A DNA stretch of 64,000 nt from Verrucomicrobiota bacterium (lineage in GTDB: Bacteria; Chlamydiota; Chlamydiia; Chlamydiales; SM23-39), in assembly GCA_018968815.1 (NCBI GenBank), contig JAGWZL010000005.1, positions 323-64,322 on the forward strand, written 5' to 3'. The notes beneath the pieces were generated by a model. The model saw only the letters and a list, made by a program, of their open reading frames with translations. It did not search any database and had not been told where the DNA came from. The position numbers and the translations under genes were made by a program. This document shows, piece by piece, positions 30,478 to 40,239 of the stretch (positions are counted from its first letter, which is position 1; every line of letters starts with the position of its first letter).

Positions 30478-31848
30478 ATGATTGAGGCGATCCGTCGCAT
30501 CTTTAGCATCCCTGAACTCAAGGGTAAGATCATCTATACGTTGCTCTTACTCGCAGTTTGCCGAATTGGAGCCTATATTTCCGTTCCAGGTGTCAATGCA
30601 GAAGCGGCGATCAGCCTCTTTAAGTTTGCAAGCGGAGGAGGGCAAAACCTCTTTCAGCTCGTCGACATTTTTTCTGGAGGCGCTTTTGCAAAAATGACCG
30701 TGCTGGCCCTGGGTGTCATGCCCTATATCACAGCCTCGATCATCATGCAGCTGCTCATCGCCCTGGTTCCCTCTTTACAAAGAGAGATCCGGGAGAGCCC
30801 AGATCAAGGACGGCGCAAGCTATCCAAGTGGACCCGACTCGCCACACTCGTGATTTCGCTCTTCCAATCAGCGTTATTTGCAAAATATGTCATGCGGGTC
30901 AACTTGTCGAGCCCAGGCATTATCGTTCCTGAAATGTTGGATGTGCAGATCTTTGGCGTTTCTTTTCTCTTTTACCTGACTGTGATGATCACGATGACCG
31001 CAGGCACTTTGCTGCTCATGTGGATCGGAGAGCAGATCAGCGAAAAAGGGGTGGGCAACGGGATCAGTTTGATCATCGCGCTGGGCATTTTAGCCTCGTT
31101 CCCAAGCACAATTGGATCGATTATCACGCAGCTTAACTTAGAATCGCAAGAGGCGGGCCAACTCACATTCCCGATGCTCATTGTCCTGTGCGCTCTCTTT
31201 GTGTTAATCACCATTGGAACCATCCTCGTCATCCAAGGACAACGGAGAATTCCTCTGCAATACGCCCGCCGCATCGTCGGCCGGCATGAAGTGCAAGGCG
31301 GCAATTCCCATATTCCGCTCAAGATCAACTATGCAGGCGTGATCCCGGTCATTTTTGCCTCATCGCTCCTGATGTTTCCTGCGACGCTCGGCCAATTTTT
31401 AGGGGGCAAAACCTGGTTTGGCCAGATCGCCGCGTACCTCTATCCAGGCACGTGGGTCTATGTGATTTTTTATGTGGCTCTCATTCTATTTTTTACTTAC
31501 TTTTGGACAGCCACGCAGTTCAAACCCGAACAGATCGCATCGGATATGAAGAAAAACGGAGCCTTTATTCCAGGCATTCGGCAAGGGAAGCCGACCCAGG
31601 ATTATTTGGAGTCGACCATGAGCCGCATTACGCTGGCCGGAGCCATTTTCCTCGCCATCATTGCGATTTTGCCCATGATGGTGGGCCGTTTAATGGGCGT
31701 CGATGCGAATATTAGCCAGTTTTTTGGGGGAACATCCCTCTTGATCTTAGTAGGAGTTATTTTAGACACGACGAAGCAGATTGAGTCTCATCTACTTATG
31801 AAAAGGTATGAGGGATTTATGACGAAGGGGCGTCTGCGAGGGCGATAA
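30478..31848 (+). CDS. secY: Preprotein translocase subunit SecY
   Basis: 456 aa with 10 TM segments; ...[17 protein letters not shown]..., ...[13 protein letters not shown]... Confidence 0.97.
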   Translation: MIEAIRRIFSIPELKGKIIYTLLLLAVCRIGAYISVPGVNAEAAISLFKFASGGGQNLFQLVDIFSGGAFAKMTVLALGVMPYITASIIMQLLIALVPSLQREIRESPDQGRRKLSKWTRLATLVISLFQSALFAKYVMRVNLSSPGIIVPEMLDVQIFGVSFLFYLTVMITMTAGTLLLMWIGEQISEKGVGNGISLIIALGILASFPSTIGSIITQLNLESQEAGQLTFPMLIVLCALFVLITIGTILVIQGQRRIPLQYARRIVGRHEVQGGNSHIPLKINYAGVIPVIFASSLLMFPATLGQFLGGKTWFGQIAAYLYPGTWVYVIFYVALILFFTYFWTATQFKPEQIASDMKKNGAFIPGIRQGKPTQDYLESTMSRITLAGAIFLAIIAILPMMVGRLMGVDANISQFFGGTSLLILVGVILDTTKQIESHLLMKRYEGFMTKGRLRGR

Positions 31849-31908
31849 CCCTTTCCCCTGTTGTATTTTAAGAAGGTACCATGTTATTTTATTTGGAAGG
31901 AAAAAGAT

Positions 31909-32277
31909 ATGCCTAGAGTGATTGGAATCGACATTCCAGACAATAAGCGCTTAGAAGTGGCTCTGACCTATATTTATGGGGTTGGGCGGAAGCTGTCGAA
32001 CCAGATTATTGAGAAGCTGGGACTGAGCAAGGATATGAGGGCGCGGGAATTGAAGGAAGACGACGTAGCGCGTCTGAATGCGATCTTGCAGTCGGAGTAT
32101 GTGGTTGAGGGGGATTTGCGTCGTCAAATCCAGAACAACATCAAGCGATTGGTTGGGATTCATTGTTATCGGGGGATTCGGCACCGCAGCGGGCTGCCTG
32201 TCCGAGGTCAAAGAACACGCACGAATGCGCGCACGAGAAAGGGTAAGCGCAAGACAGTAGCGAACAAGAAAATTTAA
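31909..32277 (+). CDS. rpsM: 30S ribosomal protein S13
   Basis: I chose the start at [26 protein letters not shown] (ATG 31909); the ORF opens at 31861. Confidence 0.95.
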   Translation: MPRVIGIDIPDNKRLEVALTYIYGVGRKLSNQIIEKLGLSKDMRARELKEDDVARLNAILQSEYVVEGDLRRQIQNNIKRLVGIHCYRGIRHRSGLPVRGQRTRTNARTRKGKRKTVANKKI

Positions 32278-32293
32278 TATTTAGGAGAGAACC

Positions 32294-32710
32294 TTGGCAA
32301 AACAAGAACAGAAAGCGCCTCCGAAGAAAGCGGGAGTCCGGGTTAAGAAGAAGATTACGCGCACAGTGCCTTCTGGGATTGCGCATGTGAGAGCGACCTT
32401 CAACAATACGATTGTTTCGATCACCGATTTAGCGGGCAATGTGATTGCCTGGTCTTCTGCGGGGAAGGCGAATTTTGCTGGATCCAGAAAGTCGTCGGCG
32501 TTTGCTGCGACGGTGGCTGCGCAGAATGCGGCTCGTGACGCGATTGGGATTGGGATGAAAGAGTGTGAAGTGAATTTGAGTGGGCCAGGAGCGGGCCGCG
32601 AATCGGCGGTGCGTGGTTTGATGAGCGCGGGGCTTGCGATTAGCATTATCCGTGACAAGACGCCAGTTCCCCACAATGGGTGCAGAGCCCGTAAACGTAG
32701 ACGTGTATAA
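32294..32710 (+). CDS. rpsK: 30S ribosomal protein S11
   Basis: The start codon is TTG. ...[19 protein letters not shown]... is present. Confidence 0.95.
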   Translation: MAKQEQKAPPKKAGVRVKKKITRTVPSGIAHVRATFNNTIVSITDLAGNVIAWSSAGKANFAGSRKSSAFAATVAAQNAARDAIGIGMKECEVNLSGPGAGRESAVRGLMSAGLAISIIRDKTPVPHNGCRARKRRRV

Positions 32711-32724
32711 GAGGAGAGACTAAC

Positions 32725-33825
32725 ATGCCTGTAAAGTATGGCAAATTTGAAATGCCAGAAAAAATCAAAATAGACGAAGCCACCCAATCATCGACGTTTG
32801 CTCGATTCGTGGTTGAGCCTTTTGAGCGTTCCTTTGGCCATACAGTTGGCAACGCTTTGAGAAGGATGATGTTAGCCTCGCTTGAGGCGCCAGCGATCCT
32901 GTCTGTACGGATTGAGGGAGTGCCGCATGAGTATATGGCGGTTGAGGGCGTGATTGAAGACATGACGCACATTGTCTTGAATCTGAAAGGAGCTTTGCTG
33001 CGCATGTTGACGACAGGCGAAGAGAGTCATCCGAGGGAGATTCATCTGATTTCCAAGACGCTTGAGATCACCGATGAAATGATTGAGAAGGGTCACGGGA
33101 ACTATCGAGTGACGCTGAAAGATCTTTTTGAGGACTCAGATTATGAGATTGTGAATCCGGATCACATGGTTTTCACGGCGACGAAGCCGATGACGAAGAG
33201 GATTGATTTACGGATTTCTTCGGGTCGTGGGTATGTGCCTTCCGAGCGGCATGCGAATTTTGATCGGGTCGTGGATGAGATCGTGATCGATTCAGCCTTT
33301 TCTCCTGTGCGGCTTGTCAATTACTACGTAGAGAACACGCGAGTGGGGCAAGATACAGACTATGACCGGTTGATTTTGGAAGTGACCACAGACGGGCGTA
33401 TTACGCCGATTGAGGCGCTGACCTTTGCTGCGCAGATTGGGATCATGCATTTTGAGGTGTTTGGAGCGATTAAGCAGCATACCATTGTTTTGGAGAAGGG
33501 AGAAATTCAAACCAATCGCGACCGCGATGAGGTGCTTTCAAAGCTTTCTTTGAAGATCAATGAGATTGAGCTGTCGGTCCGTTCGACCAATTGTTTAGCG
33601 AATGCGAACATTGACACGATTGGGGAGCTGGTGGTGATGCCGGAGTCTGAGATGTTGCGGTTCCGCAATTTCGGGAAGAAGTCGCTGACGGAGATCAAGC
33701 AGAAGCTGGATGAGCTGGGGCTTGCGTTGGGCATGGATTTGAGCCGTTACGGGATCAATCGGGACAATATCAAGCAAGTGATTCAAAACTATCTATCTGA
33801 GAAGGCGGGAGAGACGATTGTATGA
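32725..33825 (+). CDS. rpoA: DNA-directed RNA polymerase alpha subunit
   Basis: ...[20 protein letters not shown]... is present. The alpha-CTD is ...[20 protein letters not shown]... Confidence 0.97.
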   Translation: MPVKYGKFEMPEKIKIDEATQSSTFARFVVEPFERSFGHTVGNALRRMMLASLEAPAILSVRIEGVPHEYMAVEGVIEDMTHIVLNLKGALLRMLTTGEESHPREIHLISKTLEITDEMIEKGHGNYRVTLKDLFEDSDYEIVNPDHMVFTATKPMTKRIDLRISSGRGYVPSERHANFDRVVDEIVIDSAFSPVRLVNYYVENTRVGQDTDYDRLILEVTTDGRITPIEALTFAAQIGIMHFEVFGAIKQHTIVLEKGEIQTNRDRDEVLSKLSLKINEIELSVRSTNCLANANIDTIGELVVMPESEMLRFRNFGKKSLTEIKQKLDELGLALGMDLSRYGINRDNIKQVIQNYLSEKAGETIV

Positions 33826-34250
33826 GACATGGAAAGCGAACATTTAAGGTCGGCCGGACGGGATCTCATCGTCGGGCGATGCTAGCGAATATGATGAAGT
33901 CGCTTATTGAGAATGAGCGCATTGAGACGACGCTTGTGAAGGCGAAGGAGCTTCGCCGTCATGCGGAGAAGATGATCACGAAGGCGAAGAAGAATACATT
34001 AGCTTCGAAGCGCGATGCGATTGCGACGTTGCAAGTGGCTTTTAATCCATTGACGACGAAAGAGGCGCGTGCTGTCAAAGCTGGGGGAGATAAAGCTCCC
34101 TATTCGCGGGATCGTTTAGTGATCAATAAGCTATTTGGAGAGTTGCGTGAGCGGTATGCGGCGCGCAATGGCGGCTATACTCGGATCATTCGCAAGGGGA
34201 TCCGCATTGGAGACAACGCTCCTACCTGTTACATCGAGTATTTGAAATAA
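33822..34250 (+). CDS. rplQ: 50S ribosomal protein L17
   Basis: [24 protein letters not shown]... Confidence 0.96.
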   Translation: MRHGKRTFKVGRTGSHRRAMLANMMKSLIENERIETTLVKAKELRRHAEKMITKAKKNTLASKRDAIATLQVAFNPLTTKEARAVKAGGDKAPYSRDRLVINKLFGELRERYAARNGGYTRIIRKGIRIGDNAPTCYIEYLK

Positions 34251-34277
34251 TTTTTCCTTCTGGAAGGATCAAGCTGG

Positions 34278-34327
34278 AAAGACCAAGAGAGGTGAGAAAA
34301 AATTTATTCTCTCTTGGTCTTTTTTTA
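34278..34327 (+). terminator. Rho-independent terminator of the r-protein/rpoA operon
   Basis: aaagaccaagagag ... ctctcttggtcttt (14-bp stem) is followed by a run of six T (seven with the last stem base). Confidence 0.7.
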
Positions 34328-34349
34328 TCCTTTACATCCCAATCCCTGA

Positions 34350-35396
<1,047 letters not shown>

Positions 35397-35608
35397 CATG
35401 AAGGGGTTGTCTAGAAATAAAGGGAAGCATTTCACTGCGTTCAATCCGCCTAAAACCGACGACTGGAAACGGGGTTGTATTGCCATGCATACAGTTCTTT
35501 TTTTGGGTGTTGAAGTGGGGCGATTTTGCGCAGGGGAGAGGGTTTGTTTTATGTCTGGGCAGTTTCTGAACTCCACACGCAAAAACCTTTTAACAATCGG
35601 AAATATCA

Positions 35609-36448
35609 GTGAATTTTACGAGAGAACCTATTATCGAGACTGTGATTACCCCTCGCGAAGGATGCAAATTAGTTGTCCGAAGCAGCAAGGGGGTTAGTCA
35701 AGAAGATTATTTTGTTGATGCTGTAGAAGTTGTATCATTTGGACACTCCTTTTTTTTCCGTTCGCAAGAGAGGCCGAAGTCATTTTTAGTGCCTGTGAGC
35801 GATTATGAGATTCTCGAATTGAAAGAGACGCGGATGGTGTTGAAGAATGTATCGACGGACCGATCGATCAAGATTGGGGGTGGGCGAGAGCCTGTTCGAG
35901 CGCGCGAGGAGGAGCCGCAGGATGTGTTAGCGGAATCTCGGCCGGCGCCGCAGGTGGATCCGCAGCAGCGTGGGGAGCGGAAGCGTGACAAGCGTCGTCG
36001 TGGGCGTCGTGGGCGAGACCGCGATCGTCAAGACATGCCGCGGGATCATGATCGTCAAGACCGCGACCAAGACATGTCACGCGACCAGGATCGTCAAGGT
36101 ATGGGGCGTGAGCACGATCGTCAAGACATGCCGCGCGACCAGGATCGTCAAGGGATGGGGCGTGAGCAGGAGCATCCTCGTGAGATGCGTGCTCGTCGGG
36201 ACGCGCGCTCTTCGGAGGAGCTTCCCTCTGAGCAGTCTCAAGCTGGGGGACCGACCGAAGAGAAGGCTCCTTCATTTATTTCTAAGCTTTTTCCGCCGCC
36301 TCCGACGCTCATCAAGGAGTCGTTGAGTCGTTATAAGCCAGCAGAGGGTGGATCTGAGGAGATCAAGGAGACGTCGAATTTTGAGGAGACGATTTTTGAG
36401 CATCCGAACCCATCTGAGGGTGAAATAGATGACGAGAACGAAGAGTAA
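35609..36448 (+). CDS. Hypothetical protein: compact N-terminal domain plus Arg/Asp/Gln-rich repeat region and acidic tail
   Basis: 279-aa ORF with a GTG start. The N-terminal ~95 aa are of ordinary composition. They are followed by KRDKRRRGRRGRDRDRQDMPRDHDRQDRDQDMSRDQDRQGMGREHDRQDMPRDQDRQGMGRE... and an acidic C-terminus. Confidence 0.6.
   Translation: MNFTREPIIETVITPREGCKLVVRSSKGVSQEDYFVDAVEVVSFGHSFFFRSQERPKSFLVPVSDYEILELKETRMVLKNVSTDRSIKIGGGREPVRAREEEPQDVLAESRPAPQVDPQQRGERKRDKRRRGRRGRDRDRQDMPRDHDRQDRDQDMSRDQDRQGMGREHDRQDMPRDQDRQGMGREQEHPREMRARRDARSSEELPSEQSQAGGPTEEKAPSFISKLFPPPPTLIKESLSRYKPAEGGSEEIKETSNFEETIFEHPNPSEGEIDDENEE
36020..36170 (+). repeat. Imperfect in-frame DNA repeats encoding DRQDMPRD / DQDRQGMGRE units
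   Basis: cgcgaccaggatcgtcaagg(t/g)atggggcgtgagca occurs at 36080..36114 and 36134..36168 (54-nt period). gatcgtcaagacatgccgcg occurs at 36023 and 36116. Confidence 0.7.
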
Positions 36449-36454
36449 ACGACG

Positions 36455-36480
36455 AGCCCGCGACCTGCGGGCTTGCTTCT
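36455..36480 (+). terminator. Weak rho-independent terminator candidate
   Basis: agcccgc-gacct-gcgggct followed by tgcttct. Confidence 0.4.
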
Positions 36481-36516
36481 AAAACGAACTTACGCCTAAA
36501 ATTGTACTTCTCTTTT

Positions 36517-36600
<84 letters not shown>

Positions 36601-36905
36601 AATTTTGCCTCGCAAAATTTGCGAGGAGTCGAAAAGCCAACTGCTTGGCTTTTCGAGACGGGACGAGAATTTTTTTCGGTTGCTCCCGAAAAAAATCGCC
36701 GCCCCGGTAGGACAGGCCGCATCGGCCTGCCGAGAGGGGGTCCCGCGGCCTGAGCAAATTTTGCGAGAAAGGAAGCCACCTTGAGTGACTTCCGTGCGTG
36801 GGCTCGAATCGAGGGCGATGTTTTTTCGCCTCGAAAAAACCGACCGAGATCGCCGGCCCGGCAGGACGAGCGAAGCTCGCCGAGAGGGCGTCCCGCTCCG
36901 AGAAT
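36601..36905 (+). repeat. Two degenerate ~150-bp tandem units, each starting aattttgc and ending in a pseudo-copy of the tRNA-Leu 3' end
   Basis: Unit A (36601..36755) ends ...gagagggggtcccgcggcctgagca. Unit B (36756..~36905) ends ...gagagggcgtcccgctccgaga. Both share ...cgaaaaaa..cg..c.cccgg.aggac... The first unit also carries hairpins at 36608..36626 and 36629..36656. Confidence 0.6.
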
Positions 36906-37096
36906 GTTAAAAATCAAGGATATGGAACGATCGGGCCAACGACCTTCTTCACTGTTAGAACTCTCATGGGGGAATGGTGGGGGAGTGCATAGGCCGCAAA
37001 TCACAGGAAATGATGAAGAGACTTTGGTTTATTTTGAACGCCTCCTTCTGCGTAGCCTTTATGCCTGAGGGAATTTTTTGTTTCGAAGGAGATGTA

Positions 37097-37942
37097 ATGA
37101 ATTCTAAGAAATACTTCTTTGATGAGAATCACGTGCGTTACGAATTGTGTCAGGTCAATGGAGGCAAGCCTTACAATTGGCTTTTCTTGCCTGGTGGCCC
37201 TGGAATGGATTCGAGTTATTTACGCGATGTGGCAAGTAGTCTCGAGTTGCCAGGAAATGTGTGGCTGATCGATTTACCTGGGAATGGCACGAACGAAGAT
37301 AGTTTGCGCAATTTTGACACTTGGTTTGAAATTTTCCCTTCGGTCATTCAAAAATTTGATAATCCTATTTTAGTGGGTCATTCATTCGGAGGAATGTTTC
37401 CTCTCTTTTTCCCCGAACTGGAGCATCAACTAAAGGGTTTTGTGATTCTTAACTCAGCTCCCTGTTTATGGCTAGAAGAGGCTGTCTCTTATTCCAAACA
37501 ATTCGATCTTCCCGATCTCAGTCAAGAGATGCAGGATTTTACCCGCCAACCGAACCGAGAGACCTTCGATGCCGCATTGAAGGCATGCATGCCCTACTAC
37601 TTTTCCCCATCTGCACTCAGTCGAGGCAGTGCATTGGTCTTGACCGTCCCGCTCAACTATTTGGCAGCCGTTTGGTGGCAACAGAAAGTGTTAGAAACCC
37701 ATTACTCTGCCAAATGGGTACCGCAGCAAGTGCCTACCCTCATCATCGGAGCCAAATTTGATGCGATCACTCCCTTCTCTCTGTTTGAGAAAGACACAAG
37801 ATTTGCAAGGGATAATATTACCATGCGATTCATTGAAGATGCTGGCCACTTCCCATGGATTGAAAACCCAACTGCTGTTCGAGAGGCTCTGACTGAGTTT
37901 ATCTCTCAGATTCAAAGCTCGATGGACGAGCAAAGTGAATGA
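37097..37942 (+). CDS. Alpha/beta hydrolase (proline-iminopeptidase-like, S33-type)
   Basis: ...FLPGGPGMDSS... oxyanion-type motif and the nucleophile elbow ...VGHSFGG... are present. An aggag RBS lies upstream of ATG 37097; the ORF opens at 36974. Confidence 0.75.
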   Translation: MNSKKYFFDENHVRYELCQVNGGKPYNWLFLPGGPGMDSSYLRDVASSLELPGNVWLIDLPGNGTNEDSLRNFDTWFEIFPSVIQKFDNPILVGHSFGGMFPLFFPELEHQLKGFVILNSAPCLWLEEAVSYSKQFDLPDLSQEMQDFTRQPNRETFDAALKACMPYYFSPSALSRGSALVLTVPLNYLAAVWWQQKVLETHYSAKWVPQQVPTLIIGAKFDAITPFSLFEKDTRFARDNITMRFIEDAGHFPWIENPTAVREALTEFISQIQSSMDEQSE

Positions 37943-38130
37943 TGGAGCGCGACGATTCAGTGAGGAATGGACTAAAAATTGATTGTCCAAGATTTTGCTA
38001 TCGTTGACACAATGCAAGTGTTGAGCTCTCGCCTTGTTTCGTTGGCACGCGGATCTTGAAGAACGTGTCTATGCGATCCATCTGTGATCAAATTTCTTGT
38101 AAAAAAATATTTCCAATTTAGGATGGCGCC

Positions 38131-38544
38131 ATGACAGATGCTTCCAAGGAAAAGCAAGGGATATTGCCACAGGATAAACTTGTCGTTTTTGAAGACAAAA
38201 AAATCCGCAGAAGTTTTCACAAGGGTGAGTGGTATTTTTCGATTATTGACATTGTAGAGGTGTTGACCGAAAGTGCTAACGCGCGAAGATATTGGTCAGA
38301 TCTAAAAATACAACTGTCTGAAAAAGAAGGGTTTATTCAGTTGTACGGAAAAATCGTACAACTGAAACTAGCGTCGAATGATGGGAAAAAATACCTCACC
38401 GACACAGCCAATACAGAAACTGTTTTCCGCATCATTCAGTCTATCCCTTCGCCTAAGGCAGAGCCCTTTAAAAGATGACTGGCTCAAGTGTGGGCATCAG
38501 CTCAAACGTCTCTTGATCAAATAGTTGAATGTAGGATATTGTAG
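38131..38544 (+). pseudogene. Bro-N domain (phage antirepressor / DinD-like annotated family) gene remnant
   Basis: ...KKIRRSFHKGEWYFSIIDIVEVLTES...RIIQSIPSPKAEPFKR then TGA at 38476, where homologs as I recall read ...PFKLWLA... The frame continues LAQVW... to a second stop at 38542. The usual C-terminal half is missing. Confidence 0.6.
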
Positions 38545-38562
38545 TTGAAGATGAATTTGGGC

Positions 38563-38577
38563 GTCCCGCTCCGAGCA
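38563..38577 (+). repeat. Direct repeat of tRNA-Leu 3' end (att-like)
   Basis: gtcccgctccgagca is identical to 36586..36600. Confidence 0.85.
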
Positions 38578-38624
38578 TATTGATTTTAACAGAAGGCAAT
38601 GATTCATTGTATAGGTCCATAAAT

Positions 38625-39197
38625 ATGAAATTTTCAATTCCATGTATGATTTCCGCGATTTGCTTGACATTCGTTGGATTGCTGATGCCCTCTCTGTCCG
38701 CAGAAGAAATACATGCTAACGAGGAGCCACTCATGCAAAATTTTATAAAGGTCCACAAACCCCGCATGATGGTGATTGGCATTGAATGTCGCACTTCAAA
38801 TGACAGTAATGCAGGCCCAAAGGATATTCCTCTACTTTGGCAAAAATTTTACGCGGAAAACATTCAGAGCAAAATTCCAAACAAAGCGTCCGATGAAGTC
38901 ATCGCTCTCTACTGTGACTATGAAGGAGATTATACCCAACCTTATTCCTGCGTGATTGGGTGCATTGTGAATTCTTTAGAGCAAATTCCTGAAGGAATGG
39001 TTGGCAAAGTAGTCCCCGAATCCACTTTTGCTCTTTATCATACTGAAGGTGATTTTCCAAAAAATTTAATCGATACCTGGGGTCATATTTGGCATTCAGA
39101 TTTAAAGCGCACCTATGCAGGTGACTATGAGGTTTACGGACATAAGTTTTCCGGACCCTCAAAAGAAGTAGACGTATTGGTAGCGATTGAAAAATGA
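38625..39197 (+). CDS. Secreted GyrI-like / AraC-effector-binding-domain-like small-molecule binding protein
   Basis: Signal peptide MKFSIPCMISAICLTFVGLLMPSLSA. ...GIECRTSNDSNAGPKDIPLLWQKFY..., ...IALYCDYEGDY..., ...YEVYG... are typical of the GyrI-like fold. Confidence 0.55.
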   Translation: MKFSIPCMISAICLTFVGLLMPSLSAEEIHANEEPLMQNFIKVHKPRMMVIGIECRTSNDSNAGPKDIPLLWQKFYAENIQSKIPNKASDEVIALYCDYEGDYTQPYSCVIGCIVNSLEQIPEGMVGKVVPESTFALYHTEGDFPKNLIDTWGHIWHSDLKRTYAGDYEVYGHKFSGPSKEVDVLVAIEK

Positions 39198-39225
39198 AAA
39201 AAGCGGCTGACAAGCGATATATTGA

Positions 39226-40080
39226 TCAACCTTTGGGAAAAATACGAAATTTGGACGCTAACTTGTCGGGTTGATAAGAAAGTTTTGATTGCCTCAACCC
39301 CTCTATACCGAGATCTTGTGCCCAGTTCAGACAGCTAATTCCTGCGCCCGCAAGACGATGCGCTAACTCTTGAAAAAGAAAAGGGTAAATCCCCTTATAT
39401 TGCGTCAAACCTTTGGCAAAATGGATCACAAAAAGATGCGACGGAAATACTTCACCCAAAATAAACGCCGCAGGCTGCTCGTCAATATAAACAATGTACC
39501 CCAAAAGGTTCAGTTCTTTCGCCAGTTTCAGGCTCTCCTCACAAGCCAGAAAATCTGTCGTCTTCTCATCGATGGAGCTTTGCCACTCATTCAGGATCCG
39601 TAACCCATCCTTCTCATGCTCTTGGGTATACGGAACCACTTTTGCCTGATACGCCTCAAGAAACTGCTTCACTAAATTGCGCTTCGCACTGAGGTTCCTC
39701 CCCGGATAATCGGCGATTTTTTCCCTTTTAAATAAATAATCAGAGTCGTTCCGATTACACTCCATTCGAAAATACTCAGAACTGAACGAAGAGGTCCAAG
39801 CCTCCGGAATGGGATAAAAACAATCTGCCCATTTCAGCGTTTCCAAAAGTCTTTGCATGGGAATTTTTCGCATATCCTCCGTAGGCATCAAATACCTGAC
39901 TCCATCCGGGGTCCGCCCACGCAACCAGATCATAGGCTCATCCAATAATACGTGAAAGTCGTGTGCTCTTCGAAAAAGATACCTGCTTGTAAAACTGTAT
40001 TCCGAAAGACAGAGAGCCAGCGACTCCAATTTAGGCTGAAGAATCGTCCGATGATCTAAGGAGAGAGGCGCTGTTTTCAT
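39226..40080 (-). CDS. DUF2156-like protein (MprF C-terminal, aminoacyl-lipid synthase-like acyltransferase fold)
   Basis: 284 aa; ...CLSEYSFTSRYLFR..., ...DYLFKREKIADYPGRNLSAKRNLVKQF..., ...FAKGLTQYKGIYPFLFQEL... resemble the family. This is a motif-memory call. Confidence 0.5.
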   Translation of the reverse strand: MKTAPLSLDHRTILQPKLESLALCLSEYSFTSRYLFRRAHDFHVLLDEPMIWLRGRTPDGVRYLMPTEDMRKIPMQRLLETLKWADCFYPIPEAWTSSFSSEYFRMECNRNDSDYLFKREKIADYPGRNLSAKRNLVKQFLEAYQAKVVPYTQEHEKDGLRILNEWQSSIDEKTTDFLACEESLKLAKELNLLGYIVYIDEQPAAFILGEVFPSHLFVIHFAKGLTQYKGIYPFLFQELAHRLAGAGISCLNWAQDLGIEGLRQSKLSYQPDKLASKFRIFPKG

Positions 40081-40122
40081 CCGCTCAGGAGTAAACCAGA
40101 TCGCTCAGAATTCGGCAATAGC

Positions 40123-40213
40123 ATTAACCCACTAGTCAAATAAGAGACACCTCTGCGCCAGCGAGGCAAAGCCGCAGCCAGCAGATTGTCTCTTATTTGA
40201 CTAGTGGGTTAAT
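40123..40213. repeat. Perfect 27-bp inverted repeat with 37-nt spacer in a divergent intergenic region
   Basis: attaacccactagtcaaataagagaca (40123..40149) pairs with tgtctcttatttgactagtgggttaat (40187..40213). I checked it base by base. Confidence 0.9.
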
Positions 40214-40239
40214 AACCATAAAAAAATAAATAGTGCGAT

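Larger units (their letters stand above)
36601..38577. mobile_element. Decayed tRNA-Leu-associated integrative islet (no integrase left)
   Basis: It is bounded by the tRNA 3' end (gtcccgctccgagca, 36586..36600) and an identical 15-nt direct repeat at 38563..38577. The cargo is an alpha/beta hydrolase and a Bro-N pseudogene. Confidence 0.45.

Noticed and set aside
22143-34250. Apparent loss of rpsJ, rpsN, rpmD, infA, rpmJ, rpsD, adk and map from the ribosomal superoperon
   Set aside because: This is not a deletion or assembly gap. The gene junctions are tight and intact, and this reduced arrangement (rplC first, no S14 between L5 and S8, secY directly followed by rpsM) is the known chlamydial organisation as I recall it.
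35477-35504. Terminator after gap (weak tgtat...ataca hairpin plus T7 run)
   Set aside because: The stem is only ~5 bp with an irregular loop. The T-run alone is insufficient evidence, so I left it unannotated.
36601-38577. Intact integrative element or prophage at tRNA-Leu
   Set aside because: No integrase, excisionase or structural genes are present. Only a hydrolase gene and a Bro-N pseudogene remain, so I report it as a decayed relic.
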